Shown here: piece by piece, positions 8,864 to 18,948 of the stretch
Layout of the letters: the number at the start of each line of letters is the position of its first letter
How positions within the stretch are numbered: position 1 is the first letter of the stretch
Assembly (NCBI GenBank): GCA_017302815.1
Contig: JAFLCQ010000002.1
Span: 14,969 to 78,968 of the forward strand
Length of the DNA: 64,000 nucleotides
Reading direction: 5' to 3'
Source of the DNA: Planctomycetota bacterium
GTDB taxonomy: Bacteria; Planctomycetota; UBA11346
Notes under the pieces: generated by a model
What the model was told of the DNA's origin: nothing
What the model saw: the letters and a program-made list of their open reading frames with translations, nothing else
The model's database searches: none
Program-made: the position numbers and the translations under genes

Positions 8864-9078
8864 GCGCTGCCTACACTGCCCACAGCAGGTCGATGTCGTT
8901 GGCCACCGCCGCCGCGGGAGACCATTTTCGCCTCGTGAGCCCACATGCCACAACAGGTTGCCAGGACCAGCCCGTTCGATCATCAGTGTGTCCTGCCCAG
9001 AAACCCAGCTTCCTAGCGCTCATGCGGTGAACTCCTGGGATGCATGGTTGGGAGCAGGACAGGACATTGGCCTACGGG

Positions 9079-9744
9079 CTATGCCAGCCGCACCACGAAT
9101 TGATAGCCACTGGTGACAGTACTCCAGGTGGCAGTGACGATGGAGCATTCCATCCACACATCGGACAACTGCTCGCGAACATAGGCCGTGGTCGGGTCCG
9201 CAACCTGCATGGAAGCGGTATAGTCCAGATCCTGCCATGGGAGGCGGTGAACATCGCCGAGTCCGCCGATAGCGCCAGGATGCTGAACAAGAACAACCAG
9301 ACCGACAGTAACGGCGATGCCGAGGACTGTCATGGCGATGCGGGCCCGAGGATCAACCTCGGGTAAGCCGGGATCGAAGTGCAGAGCCGCAGCTCGGCAC
9401 AATCGTTCAACGAGCTGATTGACGGAAATGAGGAAAACGATGGCGCAGATGACTGCAAAAACCCCCATCGACTGGTGCAGGACAGGAAAGGAGATCATGT
9501 AGACACCCACGAAGATGAGCGCAGCCATAGCGAACATCCCCTTCTCATGATCGGAGCCACCACGACCGGACGTCCTGGAGCCAACTGTCGCGAGAAATGC
9601 GACGCAGGCCGCCCCTCCCAGACAGAACGCAAGGATGTGCGCCCCATCAGTGACGATGTGGGCAAAAGCTTTTGGGAAAATGCACCAGGAAGTAATGGCC
9701 GCGAGAACAAACCAGCGACATATGCCAGCCAAGGGTGAATCCAT
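9079..9744 (-). CDS. Hypothetical integral membrane protein
   Basis: Track ORF 9079..9786. It has about four hydrophobic helices: WFVLAAITSWCIF, ILAFCLGGAACVAFLATVG, MFAMAALIFVGVYMISFPVL and VFAVICAIVFLISV. The start is chosen at MDSPLAG. No family was recognised. Confidence 0.4.
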   Translation of the reverse strand: MDSPLAGICRWFVLAAITSWCIFPKAFAHIVTDGAHILAFCLGGAACVAFLATVGSRTSGRGGSDHEKGMFAMAALIFVGVYMISFPVLHQSMGVFAVICAIVFLISVNQLVERLCRAAALHFDPGLPEVDPRARIAMTVLGIAVTVGLVVLVQHPGAIGGLGDVHRLPWQDLDYTASMQVADPTTAYVREQLSDVWMECSIVTATWSTVTSGYQFVVRLA

Positions 9745-10042
9745 GTGGCGGATTCTGGCAACGTGGATGAATGTGAGCAAGTGCAACCCACGTCCGCTTC
9801 AAGGACGCCAGCTACACCAGGCGCTGTCCTTAGGAAACATAGTATCACAGGCTCTGCGGTGAGTATCTGGAGATCGCATACGAAACAGAGGGAAAGCAGG
9901 TGTGGACCAGAATGCCATCACAATAGACAAACTGTTTCAACATCACAGGAAGGATCGATATCGGAAATGCGTGATCAGCATGGCATTTCAACAGAAGGCA
10001 CCGAACCTGCGGTTTTGCGTGACTGCACGCAATGCGCCTTGA

Positions 10043-13000
10043 TCAAGCTTGCAACCGCACCGGTCCGAACAGGCCGGACTGCAACTGGCAGACCTGGGCG
10101 TAATTGGTCGGCGAATGGCCACGTAGATAGGGCGCCAGCGTGTTCGCCACCACGACCTCGATGCGGTTGCGTCCCGGCCGCAGCTGCGGACCCACCGTGA
10201 AATGCCACGGTCCGCAGAAGCGGGCGCCGACCTCGACGCCGTTGACGCTGACCCGGGCGGTGCCACGCACCCGACCGAGATCGAGCACGGCGTGCGCCTG
10301 GGCCTCGGCGAGCTCGACGTCGCGGACGTAGGTCACCGTGCCGCTGTGGTTGGCCAAGCCGAGCCTCGTCCAGTCGCCCAGTGATATCGCACCTTCGCCC
10401 AGCTCGTAGGTGATGGGGCCATCCCAGGCGGCGCCATCGAAGCGTCCGCGCTGCGGCCGGATCGCGGCCACCGCCCATTGCGGCGCACCGTCGACCTGGG
10501 CGACGCCAGCGCTGACCTCGGCCGGCCGGCCATCGAGCCACAGCCGCACCGTACCGGCGGCGGGCAGACGCACCTGGCGCACACCCGGCGGCAGACGCCA
10601 GCGGAACCACAGCTCGTCATGACGCTCGCCAGGCCAGAGATCGGGGACGGCATCCTCGACCACGCCGCCGTGATCGCCTTCCAGCCAGGCGCTGCGCGGC
10701 AGCGGGTGCGGCCGGCGCTCCAGCACTTCATAGCCGGGATCGTGATGCATGCCGTACCACGGGCTATGCACCGCGTGCCACAGCCGCGGTCTGGTGACAT
10801 CACCAGCGACCTCGACCATCCAGGCCGCATCGCTGATCAGGCACTGCGTCCCGAGACGCGCATCGAGAATGAATCGCGCCGGGGCGCTGCCCTCGGTCAT
10901 CACCACTTCGATCGTATGCGGACCCGGAGACAGTCCGGCGAGGCGGTGATGCACGACCGAAAAGACGTTGGCGTCGGTATAGGGCGTGAATCCCCCCTGC
11001 CGGCCGATCTCGGTCCCATCCACGCGCAGCACCAGCTGGCCGACCGCCTGGATGTTGAACACCGCGTCCGCCGGCTGGGCCAGGGTCACGCGTCGGGTGA
11101 AGTGCACCGTGCGATCGCGCTGGTTCGGCGCCGGAGCCGCGATCCAGCACGGCCAGGGCCGCGCCGGTTCCGCGGTCAGCAGGCACCACGACAGACGCAC
11201 CGGACCATCCTCGACCGCGGTCAGGCGGATCTGCACCGGCACGGTGCCAGCCGGGATATGGACGTTCCAGGCATTGCGGAAGCCGTCATCGACCGCCTCC
11301 TGCACCACGCCGGCGATGCGGATGCGCTTCACGCCCGTGCCGGTGACCACCAGCCGGCGATCGGATGCCGCTTCGCGGTGCAGCCACCACAGCAGCTCGA
11401 CGGTCTGGCCGGTGCGCATCTCGCCGATCGCGATGAAGTCTTCGGGAACGTGTCCGCTGACGCCCAGTGTCGGCACCTGGACCTCATCGCGCAGGATGCC
11501 GCGCGACAGCGACCATTGCCGGGTACGCCAGCGATGCTGCGTCTCCACCGGGATGCCATGCGGCCAGCGCTCGGCGGGCGCCCAGTCGGGATCCGCCTTC
11601 TCCAGTAGCCAGGTGTAGGGACCGAAGGTGGCGGTCGCAGGCCGGGCGATGGCCCATTGCGGCGACAGCGGATCGGGCGTGCCCGAGCCCTGGATGTGCT
11701 CGAAGTCCCAGGTCTGGGCACGGATCGGCTCGCCAGCAGGCAGCGCGAGATCGCCATGGCGATTATCGATGGTCTGCATCGCGCGACCACGCCAGCCGTC
11801 GTCCAAGGCGGCCACGTCGCGCAGTGCGCGCACGGACGCCGCCGCAGGGGCCGGAGCGGTCTCGTCCCACACCACCCACAGCATCGGTCCGCTGCTGAAA
11901 TCGACCGTGATCGTCGTACGTCCCGCGTCATGACGGACGGCAGCCGGACGACGTCCGCCCGAGACCGGGCACCACAGCCAGGGTCGCAATCCGGGTTGCT
12001 CCACCGTCAGCTCGATCGAGCGGCAATACACCGCCGGATCGAAGCCGTAGCTGTAATCGTTCCAGACCCGGCGATGACCACCCAATCCGGTCGGCATGAT
12101 CGTGCCGTTGCGCAACGCCGCCGTGACCAGCACGGCGTGCGTATCGCCCGATTGGCGATGGTGCACCGGGAATTCGCAGCGGATGGCCACCGGACTGCGG
12201 CGCAGCTCCGCGACCAGGCCGGCCTGATCGGTGATGCGCCAGTGCCGACGCAGGCGTTCCAGATCATCCTGCGGACCATCGACGATCCGTTCCGGCGCGG
12301 TGCCCAGCACCAGCACGGTGCCACCGGCGGCGACCAGCGCCGCCAGCGCCCGCGCCGCAGCCGCGGACAGCAGGCGGCAGCCAGGCAGTACGACGGTGTG
12401 CAGCCGATGCGGTCCGCTCACCAGCCGGCCGTCGACGATGCGCGCGTCGTCCCACATGAATTCGGCGAGGACATGGAAGTCGAGTCCGGCGCGATCGCAG
12501 GCGCCGGCTTCCGGCCAACCCCAGTTCATCACGCCGGTGACCAGGCGGAACTCTTCGGCGCTCTGGTCGGCGGGCGGCATCGGCCCGTCCCAGCCGACGA
12601 AGCCCTGCGCCGCCAGCGACGGATAGGCGACGCCGATCTCGCAGCGGTGCTCGCCCGTGGTCAGCAGCGCCTGACAGCGCGCGACGGCGGCGGCGAACAG
12701 CGGATGTTCACGCCAGTACGGCTGGCGCCAGCAGGTCGACGGCGCCGCCCACTCCCACCAGCCGCCGCGGGTGCTGTAGTAGACCGCGTGCGGATTGTAG
12801 AGGTTGGCGCCGGCGCGCAGCCAGGGCATCAGCCAGTCGAAGGTCTCTTCGAGCGTGCCGCCCCAGCCCGAACTATGGAAGGCTTCGATCCATACCCGCG
12901 GCCGGCCGAGGACATCAGCAAGCGAGCGGTGCACCGACGCGTCGCCGTGGTGGTCGCTGCCCGGAGCGCCATACCAGCGGTGCGTGGAGAGATAGTCGGC

Positions 13001-13945
13001 GTACTTCGACACGCCCTGCGCCGCGTCGCCGGCGCGTGCCGGATGCTGCTGGTCGAAGCCGCAGGTCAGGCCGTGGCTTTCGTGCCAGGCGAAGAATGGC
13101 TTGAACAGCGACGTCTCGACCAGCTCGGCACGCAGGCGGTGGGCGCGGATGCGTACATCCTGGGAGCGCGCGTCCTCGCCCTCGAACAGGCGCCAGATCT
13201 CGGGCAGCAGATCCTCGCCCCAGCGTGCGCGATATGCGGCGGCGAAGCGTTCGCCCCACAGCGGCATGCTCGGCAATTCATCCTGGAAGCTGCCGACGAT
13301 CACGCTGCCGAGATAGGCTCCGGCGCGACGGGCGAACTCACCATGGATGGCATCGAGCAACGCGGCGCAGGCCGCGGGCTCGTCGTAGGCGAAGCCGCCG
13401 ACGACGCTGTAGACCAGCTGCAGGCGGCCAGCGGCCGGCGCGATGGCGCCATGGCCCGCAAGCGCAACCGGCTCGGGCTGGGTCGTTCCGGTGCGGGTGA
13501 GGAATGCCGCCAGCGCCGTGCCGCTATTGGGAGCGTCTAGCCGGCCGCCCGACGCGACCTCGGCGTCGATGCGGCGCAGCAGGCGGGCGCTGAACTCGGG
13601 ATGGCCGGCGATCAGGCGGCCCTGGACGTTGGCGCCGGAGAAGCCGATCTGATCGTAGAACCACAGGCGGAAACCACGCTCCTTGGCGTGCGCGCACACC
13701 GCGAGGAAGATCTCCCACCATGGCTCGGACATGAATGGCGGATCATCGGCGTCCTTGCCGTAGAGCGGGCCGGCCGACGCGAGATTCAGGATCACCGCCT
13801 GGCGTATGCCGCCGGCGATGAGCTGATCGAGCTGCCAGCGCAGACGATCGATCTCCAGCCGTTCACCGCTCCACCACCAGATCGGGCAGGGCGTGAACTC
13901 GGCTGCGGGGGCATCGAAACGGGCGACGAGGTCGGCGATGGGCAT
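10043..13945 (-). CDS. Large glycoside hydrolase (1300 aa) with a GH106-like N-terminal signature and a C-terminal GH2-type galactose-binding-like domain
   Basis: Track ORF. The N-terminus FDAPAAEFTPCPIWWWSGERLEIDRLRWQLDQLIAGGIRQAVI matches the F..P..E(F/Y).P.P.W.W.G pattern of GH106-like rhamnosidase-family proteins. The C-terminal domain (RVSVNGVEVGARFCGPWHFTV...NRIEVVVANT) is jelly-roll-like. The family assignment is tentative. Confidence 0.65.
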   Translation of the reverse strand: MPIADLVARFDAPAAEFTPCPIWWWSGERLEIDRLRWQLDQLIAGGIRQAVILNLASAGPLYGKDADDPPFMSEPWWEIFLAVCAHAKERGFRLWFYDQIGFSGANVQGRLIAGHPEFSARLLRRIDAEVASGGRLDAPNSGTALAAFLTRTGTTQPEPVALAGHGAIAPAAGRLQLVYSVVGGFAYDEPAACAALLDAIHGEFARRAGAYLGSVIVGSFQDELPSMPLWGERFAAAYRARWGEDLLPEIWRLFEGEDARSQDVRIRAHRLRAELVETSLFKPFFAWHESHGLTCGFDQQHPARAGDAAQGVSKYADYLSTHRWYGAPGSDHHGDASVHRSLADVLGRPRVWIEAFHSSGWGGTLEETFDWLMPWLRAGANLYNPHAVYYSTRGGWWEWAAPSTCWRQPYWREHPLFAAAVARCQALLTTGEHRCEIGVAYPSLAAQGFVGWDGPMPPADQSAEEFRLVTGVMNWGWPEAGACDRAGLDFHVLAEFMWDDARIVDGRLVSGPHRLHTVVLPGCRLLSAAAARALAALVAAGGTVLVLGTAPERIVDGPQDDLERLRRHWRITDQAGLVAELRRSPVAIRCEFPVHHRQSGDTHAVLVTAALRNGTIMPTGLGGHRRVWNDYSYGFDPAVYCRSIELTVEQPGLRPWLWCPVSGGRRPAAVRHDAGRTTITVDFSSGPMLWVVWDETAPAPAAASVRALRDVAALDDGWRGRAMQTIDNRHGDLALPAGEPIRAQTWDFEHIQGSGTPDPLSPQWAIARPATATFGPYTWLLEKADPDWAPAERWPHGIPVETQHRWRTRQWSLSRGILRDEVQVPTLGVSGHVPEDFIAIGEMRTGQTVELLWWLHREAASDRRLVVTGTGVKRIRIAGVVQEAVDDGFRNAWNVHIPAGTVPVQIRLTAVEDGPVRLSWCLLTAEPARPWPCWIAAPAPNQRDRTVHFTRRVTLAQPADAVFNIQAVGQLVLRVDGTEIGRQGGFTPYTDANVFSVVHHRLAGLSPGPHTIEVVMTEGSAPARFILDARLGTQCLISDAAWMVEVAGDVTRPRLWHAVHSPWYGMHHDPGYEVLERRPHPLPRSAWLEGDHGGVVEDAVPDLWPGERHDELWFRWRLPPGVRQVRLPAAGTVRLWLDGRPAEVSAGVAQVDGAPQWAVAAIRPQRGRFDGAAWDGPITYELGEGAISLGDWTRLGLANHSGTVTYVRDVELAEAQAHAVLDLGRVRGTARVSVNGVEVGARFCGPWHFTVGPQLRPGRNRIEVVVANTLAPYLRGHSPTNYAQVCQLQSGLFGPVRLQA

Positions 13946-13978
13946 GGTGGCTGGTCCGATGCTATGCGGGGTTTCGGT

Positions 13979-15397
13979 TCAGCACACCGCGTGGTGCTCA
14001 ATGCCCAGGATGTCCGCCAGCCGGCCGATCGCCGCCGCATGGTGGCCCGTGCCGATGGCGCAGTGGTGGGCCGGGCCGCCGGCGCTCCACGCCTCGACGA
14101 AGTCCTCGGGCGACAGGCTGAAGCGGTAGCGGCTGTTGGTGTTGCCGATCGCCAGGGTCGGGCCATCGACCGCTTCGGCCTGCGCGGTCTGCAGGACGGT
14201 GCGGCCACCGGGGCGCTGCACCACCGACAGCACGGTGACCGGACCGCGCCGCACCGACATGCCGATCGACAGGCCTTTGCCGGGCTTGCCGTGGTAGACC
14301 GGCAGCGGCACCAGACGCACCGGGCCATCGGCCAGCGCTGGATGCCCGGGACCGTCGTGGCCGAGCAGCACCACGCCGTCATCGCAGTCGAGGCCATAGT
14401 ACTCGCTGAACGATCCGCCCTCGGCGATGAGCTGCATGATCAGCATGGCGGTGGCGTTCTTCACCTCGTACTCGCCGGCGCACGGCACGCCGCGTCCGGT
14501 CAGCAGGGTCATGCCCGGGATCAGCGAGGTCACCAGATCGCGGTCGCCGCCGGCATCGCGGCCCTCGTAGTAGTAGGCCATCGCATCGAAGCCCTCGTCG
14601 CGCGCCAGGCGATCGAGCGCCACCGCGGTGGCCGCCGCGCGGTTCAGCTCGGGCACGCTGCACGCGGGATCGACGACGAAGGTGCGGGCGAGCTCGCTGC
14701 GCATGGCGGCGATGTCGGCCGCGGTGACGCTCGCGCGGGCGTCTTCCAGGCGGGCGAATTCGACTCCGCGATAGCGGCAGCCGAGCGCTCCGGCGAGACC
14801 GGTGACATCGGTGTGCACGTCCATCATGCCATCGTAGTAGCCGCCGAGCATGCCGATCGTCGAACGGCGCAGGCGATGCGCGGCGGCCGCCGCCGCGCTC
14901 CACTCACGCAGCCGACGGATCGAGCGCTCGTCGCCGATGTGCCCGGCGACCATGCGCAGCTTGATGCCGGTGCGCGAGAACACGTTGGCCACCTCAGGCG
15001 CGGAGCAGGCCTGGCAGTAGGCCAGCCACTCGCCGGTCATCGCGCCGCGATCACCCAAGGCGTTGATCCCCGGGATGTCCATCTTCGCGCTCGGCTGCAG
15101 CGCGGCGACGACCACCGGCATCGGCAGGTCGGCGACCAGGCGATGGATGACGCCGCTGAGCGCGTAGGTCGACAGCCACAGCACCAGCATGCGGCAGTCC
15201 TCGCGTCGGGCGCGATCAGCGGCGGCGTGTGCGGCGGCGACCGAGTCGACCAGCCCGAGATCGACGATGCGCACATCATCCGAGCCCAGCTTGCCGGCGA
15301 GGTCGGTCTGGCAGTGCACCAGGCGATCGCGCAGGCCGGCGAATTGCGGCCAGTAGGTATCGAGGCCGACTCCGGCGAGGGCTATGGCTGTAGTCAT
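13979..15397 (-). CDS. L-arabinose isomerase / L-fucose isomerase family protein
   Basis: Track ORF 13979..15442. The start is chosen at MTTAIALAGVG, with an AGGAG 6 nt upstream on the coding strand. The C-terminal GGPAHHCAIGTGHH region resembles the AraA GGAHHT block. The length (about 472 aa) and an MLGGYYDGMMD segment are consistent with the AraA-like family. It sits 34 bp upstream of the large GH, so an operon is likely. Confidence 0.65.
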   Translation of the reverse strand: MTTAIALAGVGLDTYWPQFAGLRDRLVHCQTDLAGKLGSDDVRIVDLGLVDSVAAAHAAADRARREDCRMLVLWLSTYALSGVIHRLVADLPMPVVVAALQPSAKMDIPGINALGDRGAMTGEWLAYCQACSAPEVANVFSRTGIKLRMVAGHIGDERSIRRLREWSAAAAAAHRLRRSTIGMLGGYYDGMMDVHTDVTGLAGALGCRYRGVEFARLEDARASVTAADIAAMRSELARTFVVDPACSVPELNRAAATAVALDRLARDEGFDAMAYYYEGRDAGGDRDLVTSLIPGMTLLTGRGVPCAGEYEVKNATAMLIMQLIAEGGSFSEYYGLDCDDGVVLLGHDGPGHPALADGPVRLVPLPVYHGKPGKGLSIGMSVRRGPVTVLSVVQRPGGRTVLQTAQAEAVDGPTLAIGNTNSRYRFSLSPEDFVEAWSAGGPAHHCAIGTGHHAAAIGRLADILGIEHHAVC

Positions 15398-15450
15398 GGC
15401 GATGCTCCTATGAGGTCGGGATCGTCGGCGATCTGCTGGCATCCTGCCGG

Positions 15451-16392
15451 TTGACCGCCACCGATCCGGCCATGATGATGCACGAATCGGCCAACATGCC
15501 TATGCCCCGCGACGACCTGTTCTGGCGCTATCTGCCGGCCGATCCCACCGCCCTCTCCTGGGGCCTAGCGGTCACCGGCGGCGGCTGGTCGCTGATCCGA
15601 CCGGGCATGCCGTATCCTCCGGTGCAGCATCCGGGAGGCCATCATTTCGACTGGAATCGCGGACGCATCCTCAACGAATACCAGCTGATCTACCTGTCGC
15701 GCGGCCACGGCCGCTTCGAGAGCCGCAGCGCCGGCGCGCACCGGATATCGGCTGGCGACCTGATCATCCTGTTGCCTGGGGAGTGGCATCGCTACCTACC
15801 CGATCCGGCCATGGGCTGGGACGAGCACTGGGTCGCCTGCACCGGCGAGCTGCCGCAGCGCTGGCGATCGGCCGGCCTGCTCGATGCGCGGCATCCGATC
15901 CTACACGTCGGCCAGCGGCCGGACCTGCTCGCCGATTACCGCGCCATCGCCGATCTGCTCGCCCGCTGCCCACCGGGTATCGCCGGTCTCGCCGCCGCAC
16001 GCGTCGTCCAGGTGCTGGCCGCCGCCCGCTCGGCCCAGGCTGCAGCCGACGATGATCCACTCGCGGCGGCGGTGCGCACCGCCTGCGTCCGCCTTGCGGC
16101 CAATCCGCGTCGCGCACCCTCGATCACGACGCTGGCCGGGGAACTCGGCGTTCCCGAGCGCAGCCTGCGCCGGGCCTTCTCGGCGCAGACCGGCCTGCCG
16201 CCCAAACAGTGGCTGGTCGAGCTGCGTCTGGGCGAGGCCGAACGCCTGCTGTCCGCCGGATTAAGCGTCATCGACGTGGCAGGCGCCTGCGGATTCCCCA
16301 GCGTGTCGTTTTTCAGCCGACGCTTCCGTGCCCGCACCGGGGCTGCACCGGGAGCCTGGCAAACACATCACCGAGGTACTCGTAGCACGTGA
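15451..16392 (+). CDS. AraC/XylS-family transcriptional regulator (cupin N-terminal domain, C-terminal HTH)
   Basis: Track ORF. The C-terminal HTH SITTLAGELGVPERSLRRAFSAQTGLPPKQWLVELRLGEAERLL...GFPSVSFFSRRFRARTG is classic AraC. It is divergent from the isomerase-GH operon with a roughly 53-bp intergenic region. Confidence 0.75.
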   Translation: MTATDPAMMMHESANMPMPRDDLFWRYLPADPTALSWGLAVTGGGWSLIRPGMPYPPVQHPGGHHFDWNRGRILNEYQLIYLSRGHGRFESRSAGAHRISAGDLIILLPGEWHRYLPDPAMGWDEHWVACTGELPQRWRSAGLLDARHPILHVGQRPDLLADYRAIADLLARCPPGIAGLAAARVVQVLAAARSAQAAADDDPLAAAVRTACVRLAANPRRAPSITTLAGELGVPERSLRRAFSAQTGLPPKQWLVELRLGEAERLLSAGLSVIDVAGACGFPSVSFFSRRFRARTGAAPGAWQTHHRGTRST

Positions 16393-16668
16393 GGCCATGA
16401 ACGATATTCGTCAAATTTGACCGATAATTTGTTCATTCACGCGAACCAACGGGCATGTGAACGCATACGGCGCACCAATGCACCGGCTCTACCGCCATCA
16501 GCGTGCGTCCCCAAGCGACCACCGCAAACTTCCGCACTCCCCGATCAAATCCAATCCAGTTCATTGCGCGCAGCGCGGATGCATAGGATACGGCCTTGAT
16601 GCCATGAGTGCGACCTACGCCGAGCGTCACAATTATGTAACCTCGACAACAGGAAAAGACGATTCCAT

Positions 16669-17544
16669 CTACCGCTGAGATCCCCATTCCCCCCTGGATC
16701 GCCGCCGCCAAGTCGCAGGTCCACATCCCAGGCTGGATCGAAACGTTTTGCTAAATCTGCTGCGATCACTGAACCCGCAACGAAGTGCGATCGCCTCTAT
16801 TCTGTCTGTTGTGCAGCGCAGTAAGTCAGCCGCAACTGCGATTCGGCGCTGGCGAACCCAGCGCGCAGGCGAGGTACCCAAAACTGTGCGGAATCGACGC
16901 GCGAGTTCGGCGCTCGAGCAACCCGCAATCCTGGCCAAGGCGGTGACTGGCAATGGCCGACTCAGATCTCGCTCGATGATCGCAATGACGTCAGCGAGAA
17001 GCGCCTCGTCTGGAACTGAGATCAAGGTGTTTGCATCACGCACCTGCGACAGCGCATCCGAGATCGCTTCATACGCTAGGGCATATCCACGAGCCACCTG
17101 AGCCGCACCAGGTACGGTCGTCAGCGACAGCTCCCTCCCTAGCCGCATCCAAGCGTCAGACAGCGGCTGCCCAGGTCCACCGAGATGATACACTTCAGAA
17201 GCGACAACAGAGACTCGGTCACGCGGAAAATTCATCAAATCTACGGATGCATTGAGATGCCGCACTCGACCACGGCAGCGGCCACTCCAACAGAGCCAAG
17301 CAGGAATGACGTAGAGGTGTCCGGCCCGCAAGATGTTCACCCGACCACGGCAAGTTGTCTCAACCCCTTCGTCTAGATTCAGATAGATGCGCCAATATGG
17401 CGCAGTGAAGTCCAAACAGCTCCAACCGTCATCAATAGTCGTGCCGCTAAGACTGAGCAGACGAAGACGAAGCCGATCAGTCAGAGCGGCAGTAGCCCCA
17501 CCGCGAAAGATCGGAAACGACACATCCGGGAGCAGCTTTGGCAT
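16669..17544 (-). CDS. AraC-family transcriptional regulator
   Basis: Track ORF 16669..17874. The start is chosen at MPKLLPDV (ATG at 17542-17544), giving a typical 291-aa AraC size. The C-terminal HTH LPVTALARIAGCSSAELARRFRTVLGTSPARWVRQRRIAVAADLL...GFSDRSRFSKTFR is AraC-like. It is divergent from the GH29 gene. Confidence 0.7.
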   Translation of the reverse strand: MPKLLPDVSFPIFRGGATAALTDRLRLRLLSLSGTTIDDGWSCLDFTAPYWRIYLNLDEGVETTCRGRVNILRAGHLYVIPAWLCWSGRCRGRVRHLNASVDLMNFPRDRVSVVASEVYHLGGPGQPLSDAWMRLGRELSLTTVPGAAQVARGYALAYEAISDALSQVRDANTLISVPDEALLADVIAIIERDLSRPLPVTALARIAGCSSAELARRFRTVLGTSPARWVRQRRIAVAADLLRCTTDRIEAIALRCGFSDRSRFSKTFRSSLGCGPATWRRRSRGEWGSQR

Positions 17545-17598
17545 GTCTACCTGTTGCCCAAGGCTAGAATACCAAGGAAGCCAGATCAAGGAGCCGAT

Positions 17599-18948
17599 AT
17601 GCCCCTCAACCCAATCGCCCACGGCGCAGTTCCCAGTCCCGCCCAGCTGGAATGGCATCGCCGGGAAGTATACGGCTTCATCCATTTTACGGTCAACACT
17701 TTCACAGACCGCGAATGGGGATATGGCGACGAGAATGAATCCGTTTTCGCCCCGGAGGCGCTTGATTGCCGCCAATGGGTGGCAGCAGCGAAAGCTGGTG
17801 GCCTTACAGCCCTCATACTGACAGCCAAGCATCACGATGGGTTCTGCCTGTGGCCGTCCGCAACCACCACGCACACCGTCGCCAAGTCACCTTTCCGAGG
17901 CGGAAATGGAGATGTCGTACGTGAATTATCGGACGCTTGTCGTGAGGCCGGACTTGGATTCGGCCTCTATTGCTCGCCGTGGGATCGCAACAATTCCAGC
18001 TATGGACAGCAAGACTACACCGACATCTTTCATGCCCAATGGCGAGAACTGTTGACCGCGTATGGGCCTCTCTGCGAGTTGTGGTTTGACGGCGCCAATG
18101 GAGGCGATGGCTTCTACGGCGGAGCTCGAGAAAAACGCTCAATAGACAGACGTACATACTATAAATTCGAAGAACTGTGGGCAATGTGTCGACGTCTGCA
18201 GCCCGGCGCAGTCATATTCAGTGACGCCGGACCCGATGTACGCTGGTGCGGCAATGAAGCAGGGTTCGCCAATACGACCCATTGGGCCAAGGTGCGCCCA
18301 GAGGGCTTTTTCCCAGGCGACGTCGATGACCAGCGCCGACTGATCGAAGGTGATCCCGACGGTTCAGTCTGGAGACCAGCCGAAGTCGACGTCAGCATCC
18401 GCCCCGGGTGGTTCTGGCACGCCCACGAACGAGCTCATAGCGCCGAAACGCTGTTTTCCATGTGGTTTGCCAGCATAGGTCGTGGCGCTGGCATGCTACT
18501 AAATCTCACACCTGACCGCCGCGGCCTTATACCTGATTCAGACGTCGTGGAGCTCCGAAGATTCCGCGGATTAATTGAATCATTCACCGCCGTCGATCTC
18601 GCTCGCGGCCGCGGGTCCGGCCCATATGCCCCCCTTACAGACGACAACCCATCAACGTGGTGGATCGCCGACACACAGACATCGGAAGTAGTCATAGAAC
18701 TGGGACAAGATGCTCTCATTGGCGGAATCCGCATCGAAGAAATGATTGCATTGGGCCAACGCGTGGAGTCATTTGCAATTGACATTCGCGCGTGGGGCGG
18801 ATGGTTTGAATTCACTCGAGGAACCACAATCGGATCGCAGCGCATCTTCAAGCTGGATCCAGCAAGGGGAGATGCCGTACGAATTCGTATCCTAGCCAGC
18901 CAAGCACCGGCCATACTCACGGCAATAAAGGTTTACTGCGGGCATTGA
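17599..18948 (+). CDS. GH29 alpha-L-fucosidase
   Basis: Track ORF 17554..18948. The start is at MPLNPIAHG, preceded by an AAGGAG RBS at 17588-17593. GH29 signatures include AQLEWHRREVYGFIHFTVNTFTD, AKHHDGFCLWPS and CELWFDGANGG. Confidence 0.8.
   Translation: MPLNPIAHGAVPSPAQLEWHRREVYGFIHFTVNTFTDREWGYGDENESVFAPEALDCRQWVAAAKAGGLTALILTAKHHDGFCLWPSATTTHTVAKSPFRGGNGDVVRELSDACREAGLGFGLYCSPWDRNNSSYGQQDYTDIFHAQWRELLTAYGPLCELWFDGANGGDGFYGGAREKRSIDRRTYYKFEELWAMCRRLQPGAVIFSDAGPDVRWCGNEAGFANTTHWAKVRPEGFFPGDVDDQRRLIEGDPDGSVWRPAEVDVSIRPGWFWHAHERAHSAETLFSMWFASIGRGAGMLLNLTPDRRGLIPDSDVVELRRFRGLIESFTAVDLARGRGSGPYAPLTDDNPSTWWIADTQTSEVVIELGQDALIGGIRIEEMIALGQRVESFAIDIRAWGGWFEFTRGTTIGSQRIFKLDPARGDAVRIRILASQAPAILTAIKVYCGH

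Noticed and set aside
10478-15454. Plus-strand ORFs 10478..11608, 11657..13540 (627 aa) and 13601..15454 (617 aa)
   Set aside because: They lie antisense to the GH106-like gene and the isomerase gene, which have clear family motifs. They are Arg/Gly/Ala-rich.
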